Assembly: GCA_001724265.1 (NCBI GenBank)
Contig: MEDY01000660.1
Location: 62,001-126,000, forward strand
Direction: 5' to 3'
DNA: 64,000 nt
From: Rhizaria sp. SCN 62-66
Taxonomy: Eukaryota
Under the pieces are notes generated by a model, which searched no databases, had not been told where the DNA came from, and was given only the letters and a program-made list of their open reading frames with translations. The position numbers and the translations under genes are program-made. Numbering within the stretch: position 1 is the stretch's first letter; the number at the start of each line of letters is the position of its first letter. Positions 1 through 13,800 of this stretch are shown here, piece by piece.

Positions 1-3000
1 TCGTTCAGGCGTTCTCGGTCCCCGCTCTTCGGTGTCACAACCACCGAAGAAGAGGTACGCCCCCCTTGGTACGTCTTCTATCTTTATAAATGTTCCCCAA
101 TTGCTCTACTCGTCGCGATAACCACCGTTCCCGTGCCTTTCCTGGCTCTTCGAATCGCACGCACGCCACCCCTCGAATCTTCTCTCGGCACAAACGCACA
201 GCCACATCGCCGCCCAAAGCATGCATGTTTTTCTCACACCTCACCGTTTGCGCCTGTTTTTTATCTTTCCGTAAACTTGTTTTTCTCGCCCCACAGCAAA
301 TCCAACCGCTCTATATCCCGCCATTGTGTGACGTCACGTCGCCCCCAATCTTCACCCATCCAACCCCACTCACCATTCGCCCTCACTATCAATTTCCCTC
401 ACTTGTTCACTCCCCGCACAGCCGCAAGCAGATTATTGCGCAGAAGCTCGAGCGCTCCGACGAGGGTTCCGCGGACCTGATCGACTGGTACGGCCACGAG
501 TACGACGTCGACCTGGAGCGCGTACGCTACCTCATCCCCACCTTCGTCGACTCGGAGGCGCAGGAGGAGGCCATCTGGGCCGTCGCCAACACGCCCAGCA
601 TCATGGGCGCGCCTCGCGGCGACCACACGGCCGACGACCCCTTCTGGGCCTTCAAGCTCATGTCCGTGGCGTCGCCGCCGCCGCCCGCGCCTCCCTGCCC
701 GCCCCCCAAGATCGAGGTTCCCGCCTCGTCCTCCGCCTTCTCAGCAGCGCATGGCAGCGGCTCGCGGCCCCAGTCGAGGTCGGGTTCCCCCGCGCGCGGC
801 CGCTCGCCCGCCCGCGCTCCCGCCGCCGCCGCGGCGACTACTGCTGCCGCGGCCCGCAGCTCGCGACCCAGCTCGCGCAACCCCTCTCAATCGCGCAACA
901 GCAACAATAACAATAACACGCATGCGCACGCGAATGCGAATGTGAACGCTGCCCACGCTGCGGCGGGCACTGGCGCTGCGAAAGTCGCGTCTGCGGCCGC
1001 CTCCCCCAGTCCCGCCCGCACCGGCGGTAGCAACCCAACTACTGCCTCTGCCTCTGCCACTGCTGTTGCTGGTGCCCCGAGCCCGAGCGCCCCGCTGTTC
1101 TCGCTGCTCCGCGGCAGCGACGCCGCCAGCACGGGCGCCGCCGCTAGCAGCAGCAGCAGCAGCAGCAGCAGCGCCGATGCGGCCGAGTCTGGCCACGATA
1201 GCGCCGCCGAGGCTGTGACATCCGAGCTCGCATCGCTGTCCTTGTCGCTGGACGCCTCGGCCTCGATCCCCGCACTGCCACTGCCGCTGCCGCTGCCCAT
1301 GCCCGCCGCCGCCGCCTCGGTCTCCGTCTCTGACGCTGCGATTGTTTCGCTGGCGACGGTGACTGTGACGGGGCCCTCAGGCGCGCCTGTGAGCGCCCCC
1401 CTGGGGTCCGGCTCCTCGGGCGCGAGCGTCAAGGCGATCGTGGCCAAGGAGGCGCTCGAGGCGCGGGGCGAGATCCCTGAGGACGAGGACGAGCTCGACG
1501 AGGATGAGGACGAGGACGAGGATGAGGACGAAGATGAGGATGAGGACGATGAAGTGGACGACGACGATGACGCGCTGTCAGGCAGCAGCAGCAGTAGCAG
1601 TAGCAGTAGCAGCAGCAGCAGCAGCAGCAGCAGCTCTGAGGAAGACGATGACGAGGCGCGCGCCGCCGCCCGCGCCGCTCGCCACGCTGCCAAGGCGGAG
1701 AAGAAGGACAAGAAGGACAAAAAGGACAAGAAGAGCGACAAGGCCGACAAAAAGGACAAAAAGGACAAGAAGTCCGACAAGAAGGACAAAAAGGACAAAA
1801 AAGACAAGAAGGACAAGCCCTTGCACAAGCGCCGCCACCGCCGCCCGCGCACTGCAGGCAACCTCGCGCTCACAAACCAGGAGCTGGACAACGACCCTGA
1901 CCGCGACAACGAGCTTTACCTCGACTACGATGGCGCTACTACAGGCACGGACAGCGCTGGCGCTGTCAGCGCGAAGACAGTGAACATCTTCGCGCAGTGG
2001 GAGCAACGCCGCCAGGATCGCGCCGCCCGCGCCCGCGCGCGGGCCGAGAAGAAGGCCGCGGCCGCCGCAGCGCGCCACGGCGTCAGCGCAGGCTTCACCG
2101 ACCACCGCTCGCCGGGCGGCGACGAGACGCCCGGCGCGGCGTTCCTGCCGCCGGAGCAGATCGCGCGGATCCCGCCCGCGCTGCGGCCGCGGCGGCCGCG
2201 CGGCGTGCTCTACCTAGGCGGCTGGCGCGCCTCGGGCGAGGAGTGGGTGTGCAAACACCGCGTGGGGCTCATCGTCAATGCCGCGCTCGTGCCCGACATC
2301 CTCGAGGCCGGGTCCGCGGCGCGCATGGGGCGTTGGGAGCGCGAGAGTGCGCGACTCGACGCCATGGGCGTTAAGTACCACCGCATCCCGTGGGCGGACG
2401 TCGAGACGCAGCATTTCTACCGGCAGACGCCGTGGGATGACATCGCCGCCGCGGTGCGCGCCGTGCACGCCGCGCTGAGCAGGGGCACCAATGTACTCGT
2501 GCACTGCCGCAAGGGCCGCTCACGCTCCGGCTCCGTCGTCATCGCGTACACGATGGCGAGGCGGGGGCTCTCGGCCGCAGACGCGCTGGCGTTTGTGCAA
2601 GAGCGCCGCCCGTCGGTGCTGCCCAACTTCGGCTTTCTGCAGCAGCTCAAGGTGTTCGACTCGAGCGCCGAGATGGCTGCGCTGCGCATCAGCTGCGGCC
2701 TGCCCTACGTGCAGGAGAAGGCTAAGGTGCAGCTGGCGGCGCTCGCGGCGCCCGCGCACGGCTCCGGCCACGGCCACGGCCACGGCAGCGGCGGTGCTCA
2801 AGGCGCCAAGAGCCCCGTGGTAATCGTGACCAGCGCGCAGGCCAACGCCGCGGGCGCCAAGGTGGCCGCGGTGGCAGCTGCGGTTGCGAAGATTGCCAAG
2901 AGTGTGGACACTGCTGTTGCAGCCGCCGCTGTTGCTGCTGATCCTAAAGCCAGTGTTAGTAGTGATAACAACGCTAGCGCTGCCACTGCGACCGTCAGTG

Positions 3001-3086
3001 CCAACTCCGTGACTGAGAATGCGGCTGAGAATGCCGAGACGGAGGCCAAGAAGACTGTGGCTGGTGAAGTGTCACCGGCGGCTTAA
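1..3086 (+). CDS. Dual-specificity protein phosphatase with long low-complexity N-terminal region (5' end outside window); exons <1..54, 432..3086
   Basis: C-terminal DSP domain: LYLGG, WADVE acid loop, VLVHCRKGRSRS (CX5R), IAYTM, RPSVLPNFGFLQQL. GTACGC donor at 55 and CAG acceptor at 431 join in phase 0 (acceptor choice less certain). Acidic, poly-S and KKDKKD tracts. TAA stop. Confidence 0.8.
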
Positions 3087-3822
3087 TATCGATGTATTGC
3101 GCTGTTCTACAAGGCTTGAAGCATGAGACGACCCAATAACAAAGTGTTCTGTCGCTGTCTAGCTTCTCTGTGTGTGACGTGAGAACTCAAATGAAGACGC
3201 TCTAAAAAGGTGAGATGATCCAGGGAGGATAATGAAGTGATGTGAATGGATCATAAGAAAAACCAGTGTAAAGCTGAGCATATCATATGCGTGCAGTAAT
3301 GAACTACAACTAATATTATTTTTTAACCAATACTCCCAACAACCCTATTTACACAACCCAAACCAATATCAATAGAAACTACCGAAATTCTGTGGCTGAC
3401 GGTGATGACATGTGCAAGGAGTTGTAATTTAAGTAACTAATGTATTGTGGTTGTTGAAATTCAATATCTGCTATTTGTTTTGAAATCTGTGATTTTGTTC
3501 TTTCATTACTGCTTTGCAATTTGTTGTTCACGTTACGGTATGCTGTGTTCTGCGCTGCACTCAGACACGATTGTGGTGTATCAATACTGCACGTGTATGC
3601 AGCTCTTTAACCGCGTGTGGTTTGTGTGTGACACCATCGCATGTGTACTCACTCTGTAACTTTGTCATCGCTGTCGAACATCAGTCAGTCGCAACTGCTC
3701 CAATATGCAGCTGCGGTGACGACGGAACGAAAAACAAACCGACGGCGCTTTAGCCACTCAGTCATGTCAGCAACTGCACAGCCAAGTGTTCTGTGCCCCA
3801 CTCGGCACGACGGGCGGGCTAT

Positions 3823-4538
3823 TTAGACGCGGAGCGCGAAGACGGTGACGATCGAGTGCATGGTGTTGTTGTCCCAGCGCACGCAGCACTGCGAGTCCGT
3901 GCGCGGGTTAGAGAACGACGCAGACGCCGTGTGCAGGCCCGCGCCGCAGCGCTGCATAATCACGCACGTCACTAAGGGCGGCAGCAGCAACGGCAGGAGC
4001 GGCGGGATAAGGTAAGAATTAAAGAAACGACGACAAAGAATATGCATGTAAGCACAAAATGAAGACGCACATGATGAACGTGAAGCACTTATGAGCGCAA
4101 AAGAACGCAAAACATCATAAAGCAAATAAGATGTCGTTGCAACACAGAAGTGCTACGTACCGACGTATTTGAAGGGCTTGTTGGCCGCGGCGAGGTTCTT
4201 GAGGGTGCCATCGATGATGGCCTGGGCCCAGTCGTTGACCTTCTTGGCGTCGTAGGTGTTGTTGGCCAGGATGGGTTCGATGACCTTGTCAACCATGCGC
4301 TTGACCTCCTTCACATCAAAGATGGGCTATGAAAGTTGATAGAAACATGGTGTGTAACGTGTAGATGTGAGTAAACAAGAAGCATAAGAGAAGTGAGTGT
4401 TGAGCGTTGTGCGACTGAATAAAGCGAAAGAAGCAGTGACTAAACCACGCGGTAGGAAACGATAATAAGGACCTGTGGAGAGATACATGCTATAAATAGA
4501 CGTACGGGGCCGTTTTCGTTGTAGTCTTCACCGTCCAT
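3823..4538 (-). CDS. DYNLT: Tctex-1 family dynein light chain, 115 aa; exons 4538..4506, 4326..4161, 3971..3823
   Basis: Spliced product MDGEDYNENGPPIFDVKEV...YDAKKVNDWAQAIIDGTLKNL...[23 protein letters not shown]...VRWDNNTMHSIVTVFAL matches Tctex-1 motifs. Both introns are GTACGT..TAG with consistent phases. TAA stop. Confidence 0.92.
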
Positions 4539-5078
4539 CTGGGAGAAGAGTTAAGACAGGAGAGAGCAGGACGATGCAAGGGGGAGAAGTGAGTGTGGAA
4601 GACGAAAACGATCGCGTCGTCGAGCAAGGAGGAATGCAACATCAAGAAGCGCACAATTCAAACTTTAATTGGAACGAATGGGCCAAAAGCACGTATCACG
4701 TCCGAAACATTTCCCAACATTTCAAAGCGCGGTGAGATGAACGCACGGCGGTTATCACGAATGGAGCTGTCGTTTCTGTTTTGTTCTTGTGGCAGCAACT
4801 AGCTTGGTCGAGCTGCGGTGGACCGAAAAAATTGGACTACTTCTGTCAGCATGAGTCGATCTTTCGAAGAACTTTTAGACCCATTTTGATCGATCATTAA
4901 CTAGAAGCGTTTGCCGTTGATGTGCCTCAGACCCTTGTTCATGACATCCCGCTTTTACTTTTTCTCCCCGAACACGCCTTGCCCCCCAGGTCGTACCTCA
5001 CTAGGGGTCCACAAACAGAGTCACACCTGGCCACTTCGTCACGACTCTTTCCCCGGCCGGAGACCGCCTCGCGTCACT

Positions 5079-6435
5079 ATGGCGACGCCAAGCATCAGCC
5101 CAACATTTCGCACCGACTGTCCTATTGTTGGGAAGTACGTCATTTTTCCAACCACGCCTTTCTCTGTCCTTCTATGTCGCGAATTCGTTCCCTTCTCTCC
5201 GCCCGGGCTCTCTTAGACCGCCCTCGTCCCCTAACTCCCTACGCCTCTAACTCGTCGCCACGGTCACCTCTTACCATATCCGTCTGTTATATCATATTTC
5301 GCGCTCTTTAGGACTTACCGCGTGGGCGAAAAGCTCGGCGGTGGCTCTTTCGGTGATATTTATCTCGGTCACTCCATCAACCACCATGAGAGGGTCGCCA
5401 TCAAAGTCGTACGTCCTATTAACGCAACCTAACCGAATAAGTCCAACTCAGTGTGCCTTCAAACCACACTAACATCGTGTACACCCTTGTTTTTTAAATT
5501 TATGCATTATATTTCTTCAAAAATAACAACATATACGTCCCCCAACTCACCTCCCCGCACTTGCTTCACTCGCACCCTCACCGTCTCATTGTCAACACGT
5601 GCTCTCGCTCTCGCGCTGCTGTGTCGTCGCCGCACGCCCCGGCGCAGGAGCCGCTGAACGCCAAGTACCCGCAGCTGCACGACGAGTACTGGTCGTACCA
5701 GTCGATCCCGCCCGCCGAAGGCATCCCGCGCATCCGCATGTTCGGGCAGCAGGGCGCGTACCTGGTCCTCGTGATGGAGCTCCTGGGCGACTCGCTCGAG
5801 ACGCTCTACGTCAAGTGCAACCGACGCTTCTCGCTCAAGACGGTCGTCATGGTTGCGATCCAGATGCTGCACCGGCTGGAGCATCTGCACTCGCAGGGCC
5901 TGCTGCACCGCGACATCAAGCCCGACAACTTCCTGGTGGGCGTCGCGCCGAACTCGCACATCGTGCACGTCGTCGACCTGGGGCTGTGCAAGCGTTTCAT
6001 CGACCCTGACACGGGCCGCCACATCCCGCCGCGCACAAACCGCAAGATGATCGGTACGCCGCGCTACGCGTCGATCAACACCCACCTGGGGTTGGAGCAG
6101 TCGCGCCGCGACGACCTCGAGGCCGTGGGCTACGTGCTCATCTACCTGCTGCAGGGCAAGCTCCCGTGGCAGGGGTTGCGCGCCGCAACCAAACAGGCCA
6201 AGTACGAATGCATCGCCGAGGCCAAGCGCAAGGTCTCGGTCGCCGATCTCACGCGCGGACTGCCCCACGAGTTCCGGCGCCTGCTTGAGTACGCGCGCTC
6301 GCTCCAGTTCGAGGAAACGCCCAACTACAAGCTGCTGCGCGAGCTCTTCTACGGGCTCTTTACGCGCTCCGGCTTTGCGGACGACTGTCTATACGACTGG
6401 CACTTCCTCGGCACGGTCAACCCTAACTTTCCTCC

Positions 6436-6480
<45 letters not shown>

Positions 6481-7087
6481 GCAGCAGCAGACGAACAACA
6501 ATGGCATTAACCATGGCCAGAACAACACTAACGGCGCCGTCATCATCCACGTAAACAACGCCGCTGTGGGCAATCATAATAGCAACAGCAACGGCTATCC
6601 CGGCGCGAATCCCCATAGTAACACGGCGGGGGCCGCGGGCGGGCCGGGGTCGCCGCTGCTGCTCCACCAGCCGCCCGGGGGCCTGGGCGGGCCCGCGGGT
6701 GGGCAGCAGCTGCTGCAGCAACAGCTGTACCAGCAGCAGCAGCACCACCACCAGCAGCAACAGCAGCAGCAACAGCAGCAGCAACAGCAAATATACCAGC
6801 AGCAGCAACAGCAACAGCAGCAGCAACTGCAGTTGCAGCTCCAGCTAGGTGGCCAACAGCAGCAAGGCCAGTTCCAGTCTCCGCCGTACTATCCTCAGCA
6901 GCAACAACAGCAGCAGCACGCACAGCAGCAGCAGCAGCAGCAAGTGTTGCTGCAGCTGCCGCATTACGCCTACCCGGCCCCCGGAACAAACGGAACCCAT
7001 GCTGCCCACGGTCACTCGGCCGCGGGGGCCGGGGGGCCGCCCCTGACGCTGGGCCTGGGGCCATCCGCCCCCAGCCAGAGCCAGAGC

Positions 7088-7135
<48 letters not shown>

Positions 7136-7458
7136 GGGCAGGGCCAGACTGTGCTAGGCCAGACCCCGTCGCGCTTCGCGGGCTCGATGCTGGGGCTGCC
7201 CCCCGGCGCCGCCGCCTCGGCCTCGGCCTCGGCCCACGGTCACTCTGCCCACGGTCTCCGGGAGCCGCCGCTGACGCCGTTGCACGCGCCGCTGCGGCTC
7301 GCGGCTCAGCAGCAGACGCAGCAACATGCGCAGCAACAGGGACTGCAACCGCAGCAGGGACAGGGCCATGGCCAAGGGCAGCTGATGATGTTGCCGCTGC
7401 CACTGCCCCCGCATCAGCAGCAGCAGCAGCAGGTGTCGGGCCAACATCATCTCAGCTT

Positions 7459-7490
<32 letters not shown>

Positions 7491-9353
7491 CTACTCAGAC
7501 GCAGACTCATGCTCAGGGCATGCCCGTGCCGCTGTCTCCCGCCGGCGGGCCCAACGGACCGCCTGGGGCCCACGGTCACTCTGCCGCTCACGGTCACTCC
7601 GCAGCCCACGGTCACTCTGCCCACGGTCAGGGGCCGGGCTCGCCCAGCTTCCTCGCAAACGGACAGCAGCAGCAGTTTAACTACAATGTCTATCACCAAC
7701 AGCAGCCGCAGCAGCCGCCGGGCTCTGGCTATATGCCCTACCACCCCAGCGCGACCCCGATCCCCGGCGCCAGCGCGGGCGGCGCCGGCCGCGCTCTGGC
7801 CCCCGTGTCGGCAGCCGCGGCAGCCAGCGCCAACGGCACGGGCCGGCAGCATCAGCGCCGGCTGCAGCTCGACACCGCCGCCGCCGCCACCGCCGCCGCG
7901 ACGGCCACGGCCGCGGCGGCCAACATCAACACCGTCAGCAACGTCGGCCATGCGGCCTCGGGCTCCGCAACGGGGGCGGCCGCGGCTGCTGCTGCTGGCA
8001 CTGGTGCTGGCGCTGCTGGCGCGGTGGTGCCGATCGCGGGCGCGCCGCTGCAGAGCCCGACGCTGCAGAGCACCTCGCTGCAGGCCATCGTGCTGCATAG
8101 CCCCGGCGCGGGCCCTCACGGCGCGGGCGCGGGCGCTCAGGCGTCGGCAGCCGGTGCTGCTGGTGGTGCCGCTGCCGCTGCTGCTGCTGGTCAGACTTCA
8201 GGCGTGGCCGCAGGCCCGCTCGATAGCCAAGGCGACACCCCCAGTGGCCAACATCCGCAGCAACAGCAGCATCAGCAGCAACATGGGAGCAACGAGGTGC
8301 CCGCCGCCGCTGGCGCCGCTGGCACTGCCCACGGTCACTCTGCCCACGGCCACTTGCCGCTGCCGCTGCTCGGGCTGCACCCGGCCGCGGCCCACAGTCA
8401 CCCCGCCCACGGTCACCCTGCCCACGCCCACGCCCACGCCCACGCCCACGCCCACGGGGGGCCGCCGCTGCGGACATCGCAGTCAGTGCTCATGTCGCCG
8501 CTGGTCGGTCCGCTTTCGACCTCGGCATCGGCATCGGCCTCAGCGGCCGTCGTCGCAGCGCTCGCGGCCGCCGCCTCATCCTCCGGCCCCGGCACTAGCG
8601 CTGCCAACGGCAACGGCAACGGCCCGCTCGGCAGCCCTGCGATGGGCGCGCTGGCCTCCCCGCTGGGCTTCACCGCGCTCGCCCCCACGCCCACGCCCGC
8701 GGCCGCTGCCGCCGCCGCCGCCGCAGCCGTCCCCGGCGCTAGTCCCGGGCAGGCGCACGCGACGCTGGCGCTGGGCGCGTACAACAGCGGCGGCAACAAC
8801 CACAGCCAGATGCTGATGATGCACCAGCAGCAGCAGCAGTACGGCGCTGGTGGTGGCAACGGTCAGCCGCAGTCGAGCCAGGCCGCGGCCGCCGCGGCCG
8901 CCGTGCTGGCCGCCGCGGCCTTCAACAACCACCCCAGCAGCCCGGGCTACACGGCCATGCCAGGCACCGGTATGTTCACCTCCACCCTCTCCAGCCCCGG
9001 CACCAACAACAACAACAGCAACAACGCCAACGCCAACACCACTGCGAACATTAGCAGCAGCGGCGGCGGCGGCGGTGCTGCGGGCAGCGTGCTTAACGGC
9101 GCCAACGCGGCGTTCATCGCCTCACTCTTCACGGCCATGCTGGGCGACCCGCGGTTGAGCGCGCCCGTGGAGGCGTTTGTGCAGCGGCATATGGGAGCGG
9201 CCACCCAGCAGCAGCAGCAGCAGATGCAGATGCAGATTCAGAGTCCTCAGCAGCAACAACAGCAGATGCAGCAACAGCAGCAGCAGATGCAGATGCAGCA
9301 GATGCAGTTGCAGCAGCCTCTGCTGGCCCGCGCGCCCTCCAGCGGCCTCAGTC

Positions 9354-9402
<49 letters not shown>

Positions 9403-10774
9403 CCAGCAGCAGCAACAGCAACAGCAGCAGCAGCACGGAGACGTTTCCCTTGCGCCTCTGCTGTCGACCGCAAATCCTGCGCTGAACAACAACAGCAGTA
9501 GCAGCGCCGCTCCAGACAACAGCAACGCTCTCGTTGCTGTGCCCGCCTCTGCCTCCGCCTCCGCGTCTGCGACAGCAATGGCTGCGGTAGTGGTCGCCGT
9601 GGCCAGCAAAAGCTCGCCGGTCTTCACCTTCACGCGCTCCCACCACAGCGTTGGCAACAACAACGGCAACCCGAATCAGCAGCAGCAGCAGCAGCTGGGT
9701 GGTGGCGGCGACAGCGCTGAGGGCCCGATGCCAGCCGTCGCCCGCGGCAGCTCCAACGACGCCTTTGCCCCGGGCAACGCCGGCGCTGGCTCTGGCAACG
9801 GCACCGGGATCGGCAACGGCAACGGCAACGGCACCGGGAAGGTCATCGCGCCCATCGTGATTCCCACCACCGCCACGGGCGTCCTGTCGGCCAGCCAGAG
9901 CCTCGGCCAATCCGCCTCCGCCTCTGGCACTGGCGCTGGCGCTGGCACTGCCTCTGGAGCCGGCACTGCTCACCCGGCGCCGCTGCCGCTGCCGCTGCCG
10001 TACCCCCAGCAACCACAATCGCAGCAGGCGCAGACTCAGGCGCAGTCTCTGCACGGCCCCGCAGCTGCCGGCGCGCAGCCCTGGCAGGCTCCCGGCGCTC
10101 CCCTCGCCTCCGTCTCAGGCAGCGGCAACGGCAACGTCAACGGCTACCACAGTGGGTATGGCTACGGATACGGCGCGATTGGCCCCCACGGCTCCCCCGC
10201 GCAGGTCCACTCCAGCGCCCTTAGTCACAGTCACGGCCACGGCCACGGCGCGCTCGGTGCGCTGGGCGGCGGGGGCGGGGGCGTGGCGTTTTCGCCGCGC
10301 ATTACGCCGCGCGCGCTGCCTCAAGGGGCTGTGACGCCGGCGGCGGCCGCGGCCGCGGTTGCTGCGGCGGCTGCGGCCGCGGCGGCGGCCACGGGTGGCC
10401 AAAGCGCAAATGCAGTCAGCGCCGCAAACGCTCACACTGGCGCTGGCGCCGGTGTGGCTGGGCAGGGGGGTCTCTTTGTGCTGCGCGCGGGCTCAGTGCC
10501 GCCGACGCCCGCCGTGGGCTCCCCCGCGCTGCTTCCGCTCTCGGCGTCCTACTCGCACCACCACCCCGGCGCCCACGGTCACTCGGCCGCCCACGGCCAC
10601 CCGCAGGCGCCGCACGGCTCGGGCGGCGACCTGCCCCACAGCCCGTATACCTACTACGTAACGCTGCCGACAGTCCCCGCCTCGGTCCCTGCCGCTGGCA
10701 ATGTTAACGCTGGAACTGTTACGAGCGCCGCTGCTCTGGCGGCACCAGCGCTGCAGCAGCAGCCGTCGGCGTCA

Positions 10775-10812
<38 letters not shown>

Positions 10813-13800
10813 AACAAATGCCGCCAGTGCCGCCTCTAACGCTGGCGCTGGCGCCGCAGCGGACAGGAGCTCCCCCGTGGCCGCGCCGACACCGACGCCC
10901 GCGCCCGCTGCAGCTACAGCCAATCCGGCAACAACTGCGCCCCCTTTTAGTCCCGCGGTCGCCGCCGCCAACGCCGCGGCCGCTGCGACCTCCGCTGTGA
11001 ACAACAGTGCGAGTGCGGCTGCGGCGCCGGCGCCGACGAGGTTCGTGGCCGTGGACGCGCCCTTGGCGACATTGCGCGCGCTTGACCACCTGCTCGTGTC
11101 GGTGCACGCGCAAAAGGAGCTCGTCGCCGCCGCCGCGGACCTCGCGGCCGCCGCGGGCGCGATGCTCGCCCACTCCGCCGCTACCACTGCCAGTGCCAGT
11201 GCTGCCGCAGCCTCCGCGACGGCGACGGGGCCCAGAGTGAAGACCGCGCCCGGCTCCGCTGCGCCGGTCAGCACCTGTGCCGCGGCCGTGGGTTCTGTGG
11301 CGAGAGCTCTGGTCAAGGTCGAAAAGCCGGCCGTCGTCGCGAGCGGTGTGGCCGCGGGCGACGGCGCGGCGCCGGTCGCGGCGGCGGCGGCCACGGGCGG
11401 CGCGGACGTCGCTGCAGCCGACACGTGCAACGCCGAGGCAGGCAAGAACATGACTGACGTCGATGCTTCTGCTGACGCTGCTAACGCTGTGGCTGCTGCT
11501 GCTGTGGCCACCGCGGCGCCCCTGGGCCCGACCATCGCCACCGCCGCGGACAGCAACAACGCAGCCGCACCGCCGGCCACTGCCACGGCGACGGCGACGG
11601 CGACGGCGACGGGCGTGCCGATGACGGACGACTCCACTGCAGCGGCAGGCTCAGCTGCAGCGAATGCAACCGCGAGTGCGAGCGCGGGCGCGGGCGCGGG
11701 CACTGTTTCTGTCAAGAAGCAGCCCCCGAGCGACGCAGAGGCCGCCCTGGCGCGCGCGCTCGCCAACATCCTCCCTCTGCTCACCAGCGCCAACGCCTAC
11801 GCACACGGCAACGGCCACAGCGCCGGTGCGGGCGCGGGCGCTGCGCTGGCGGGGGCGCGCGGGCTCGCCTCGCCGACCAGCGCGGCCCTCAACGCCTCCG
11901 CAGCAAGCGCGGTGGCCGGCGCTGCGATCGCGCCCACGCAGGCGACGCCCGCGCTGGCCCCGGCCGCGGCGCCCTCCGGCGCGCTGCCGTCACTCCCGGC
12001 CGCCACGCCGCGCTTGGCGCCGCTGTCAGCCGCCGCCGCCGCCTCGGCCGCCTCCGCGCTCTCGCACCACCACCCCCACACCGGCGCTGTGAACAGCAAC
12101 GGCCTCGGCGGCGGCAGCGGCGTGGGCGCGGCGCGCAGCGTGTACGACGTGCTCAAGGCGCTGTACATCGACGGCATCCGCGGCGCGCGCTCCATGGTGA
12201 CGGCGCACCTGCTCCCGCCAAGAGATGAGCGCACGGTTGTGTCCGCGGCCGCCAAGGACGCGTTCCGGCTTGCCAAGGACGCCCTTGACGGGCTCGACGG
12301 CGTCCACGCGCGCGCCGCCGCCGCGTTGGCCCCCGCAGCCGCCGCGGTCGCCGCGCTCGCGCTAGCGCACGGCGGGCCGAGCGCCCACAGTTACGGTCAC
12401 GGACACGCTCCCGGCTATGCGTACGGGCACGGTCTCAGCAACGGCTATAGTCACGGCTACGGTCAGGCGGCGGCCCGCGGCGGCGCTCTCAGGCAGCAGG
12501 GCGCGGCCGTGTCGCCGCTGCTGGTGCCACCGCCGGGACCGTCGTCACCCGCGCTCGCCACCGCCGCCGCGCTCCCCGGCGCCGCCGCCGCGGCGACCGC
12601 GTCTGGCGCGAAAGGCGCGAGCGCCAACTCCGCGAGTCCCACCGGCGCTGCGACGACCGGTGTGGACGCGAGCCCTGTCACCGGCTGCAGTGACAACAGT
12701 AGCAGCCCCAACGCCGCCCTCAACGGCGCGGGCGCGGGCGTGGGCGCCGCGGACCCCGCTCTCGCTGCCGCCGCGACAGTCACGGCTGCGGTGTTCGCAG
12801 CCAGAGCGGCAGCCAAAGCGGCGGCCGCGAGAGCGAACCCGAGCACGGGCGACGCGGGCATGGCCAGCGCCGCGGGCGCCGCCGCGCGGTCCGTCGAGCT
12901 GCCCGCAACCACGGCCGCCGCGGCCGCCGCCGCCGACGCCGCGGCCGCCGCAGCAGTCGCGGCCACTGCGACCGGGGTCGGCGCCGTCGCTGCTGACGGC
13001 GTGGCGTTGGTACCGATGCCGCTGCCGACGCCGCCGGCCCCCGCGGCCGTGGCCATCTCGTACCCGCTCGCGCCCTCTGTCCCCGCCGCTGCCGGCGCGA
13101 CAGGCGCTGCGACAGCATCGGCATTGGCGTCGGCGTCGGCATCGGCGACCCCCACGCCTGCGCGCGGGCTGTCGTCGGGCGCCTTTTCCCCGCGCGGGCC
13201 GCAGGGTCTCGGCGCGGGCAACCTTACCGCCAGCGGCCACAGCGTCAGCGTCAGTGGGCGCACACTCGGGCTCGTCGCCGCCGTCGCCGCGGCCGCTGGG
13301 GTCAGCGTCAACGTGAACACAACGACTGCGGCGGGCGTGGCGACGTCGAGGCAGAAGCGGCCGCGCGCGGGACTCATGCTGGCCGCAGTCAACTTGCCCC
13401 CGCCGACCGGCTCCGGCTCCGCCTCTGCGTCCGGCTCCGGCTCCAACTCGGCCTCGGCCTCCGTGTCCGCTGCTGCCGCTGTCTCCGCGTCGAACGATCC
13501 CTCGGACGGCAATGGCCACGGCAGCGCCAGCGCCAGTGCAGCGACGCTGTCGCCCGGGCAGGCCACGCGCGGCAGTCGCGGCAGGGCCAGCGCGCGCCTC
13601 GCGGGCAGCACCGCCGCCGCAGCAGCAGCCGCCGCAGCCGCCGCGACCGCCAGCGGCGCCGCCAGCAACAGTGGCAGCGGCGAGGGCAGCCCTGCAGCGA
13701 GCGACGACAGCGAGGACGCCGCGGCCGCCGCGCTCGCCCAGGCCCGCGGGCCGCACAGCAACGCGGGCACCGCGAGCAGCAACAACAACAGCAACAGCGA

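Noticed and set aside
90-431. ORF-track N-terminal extensions (also 5561, 34728, 34996, 42944, 44128, 59637)
   Set aside because: They run through pyrimidine-rich introns or 5' UTRs. Splice signals and conserved N-termini give better starts.
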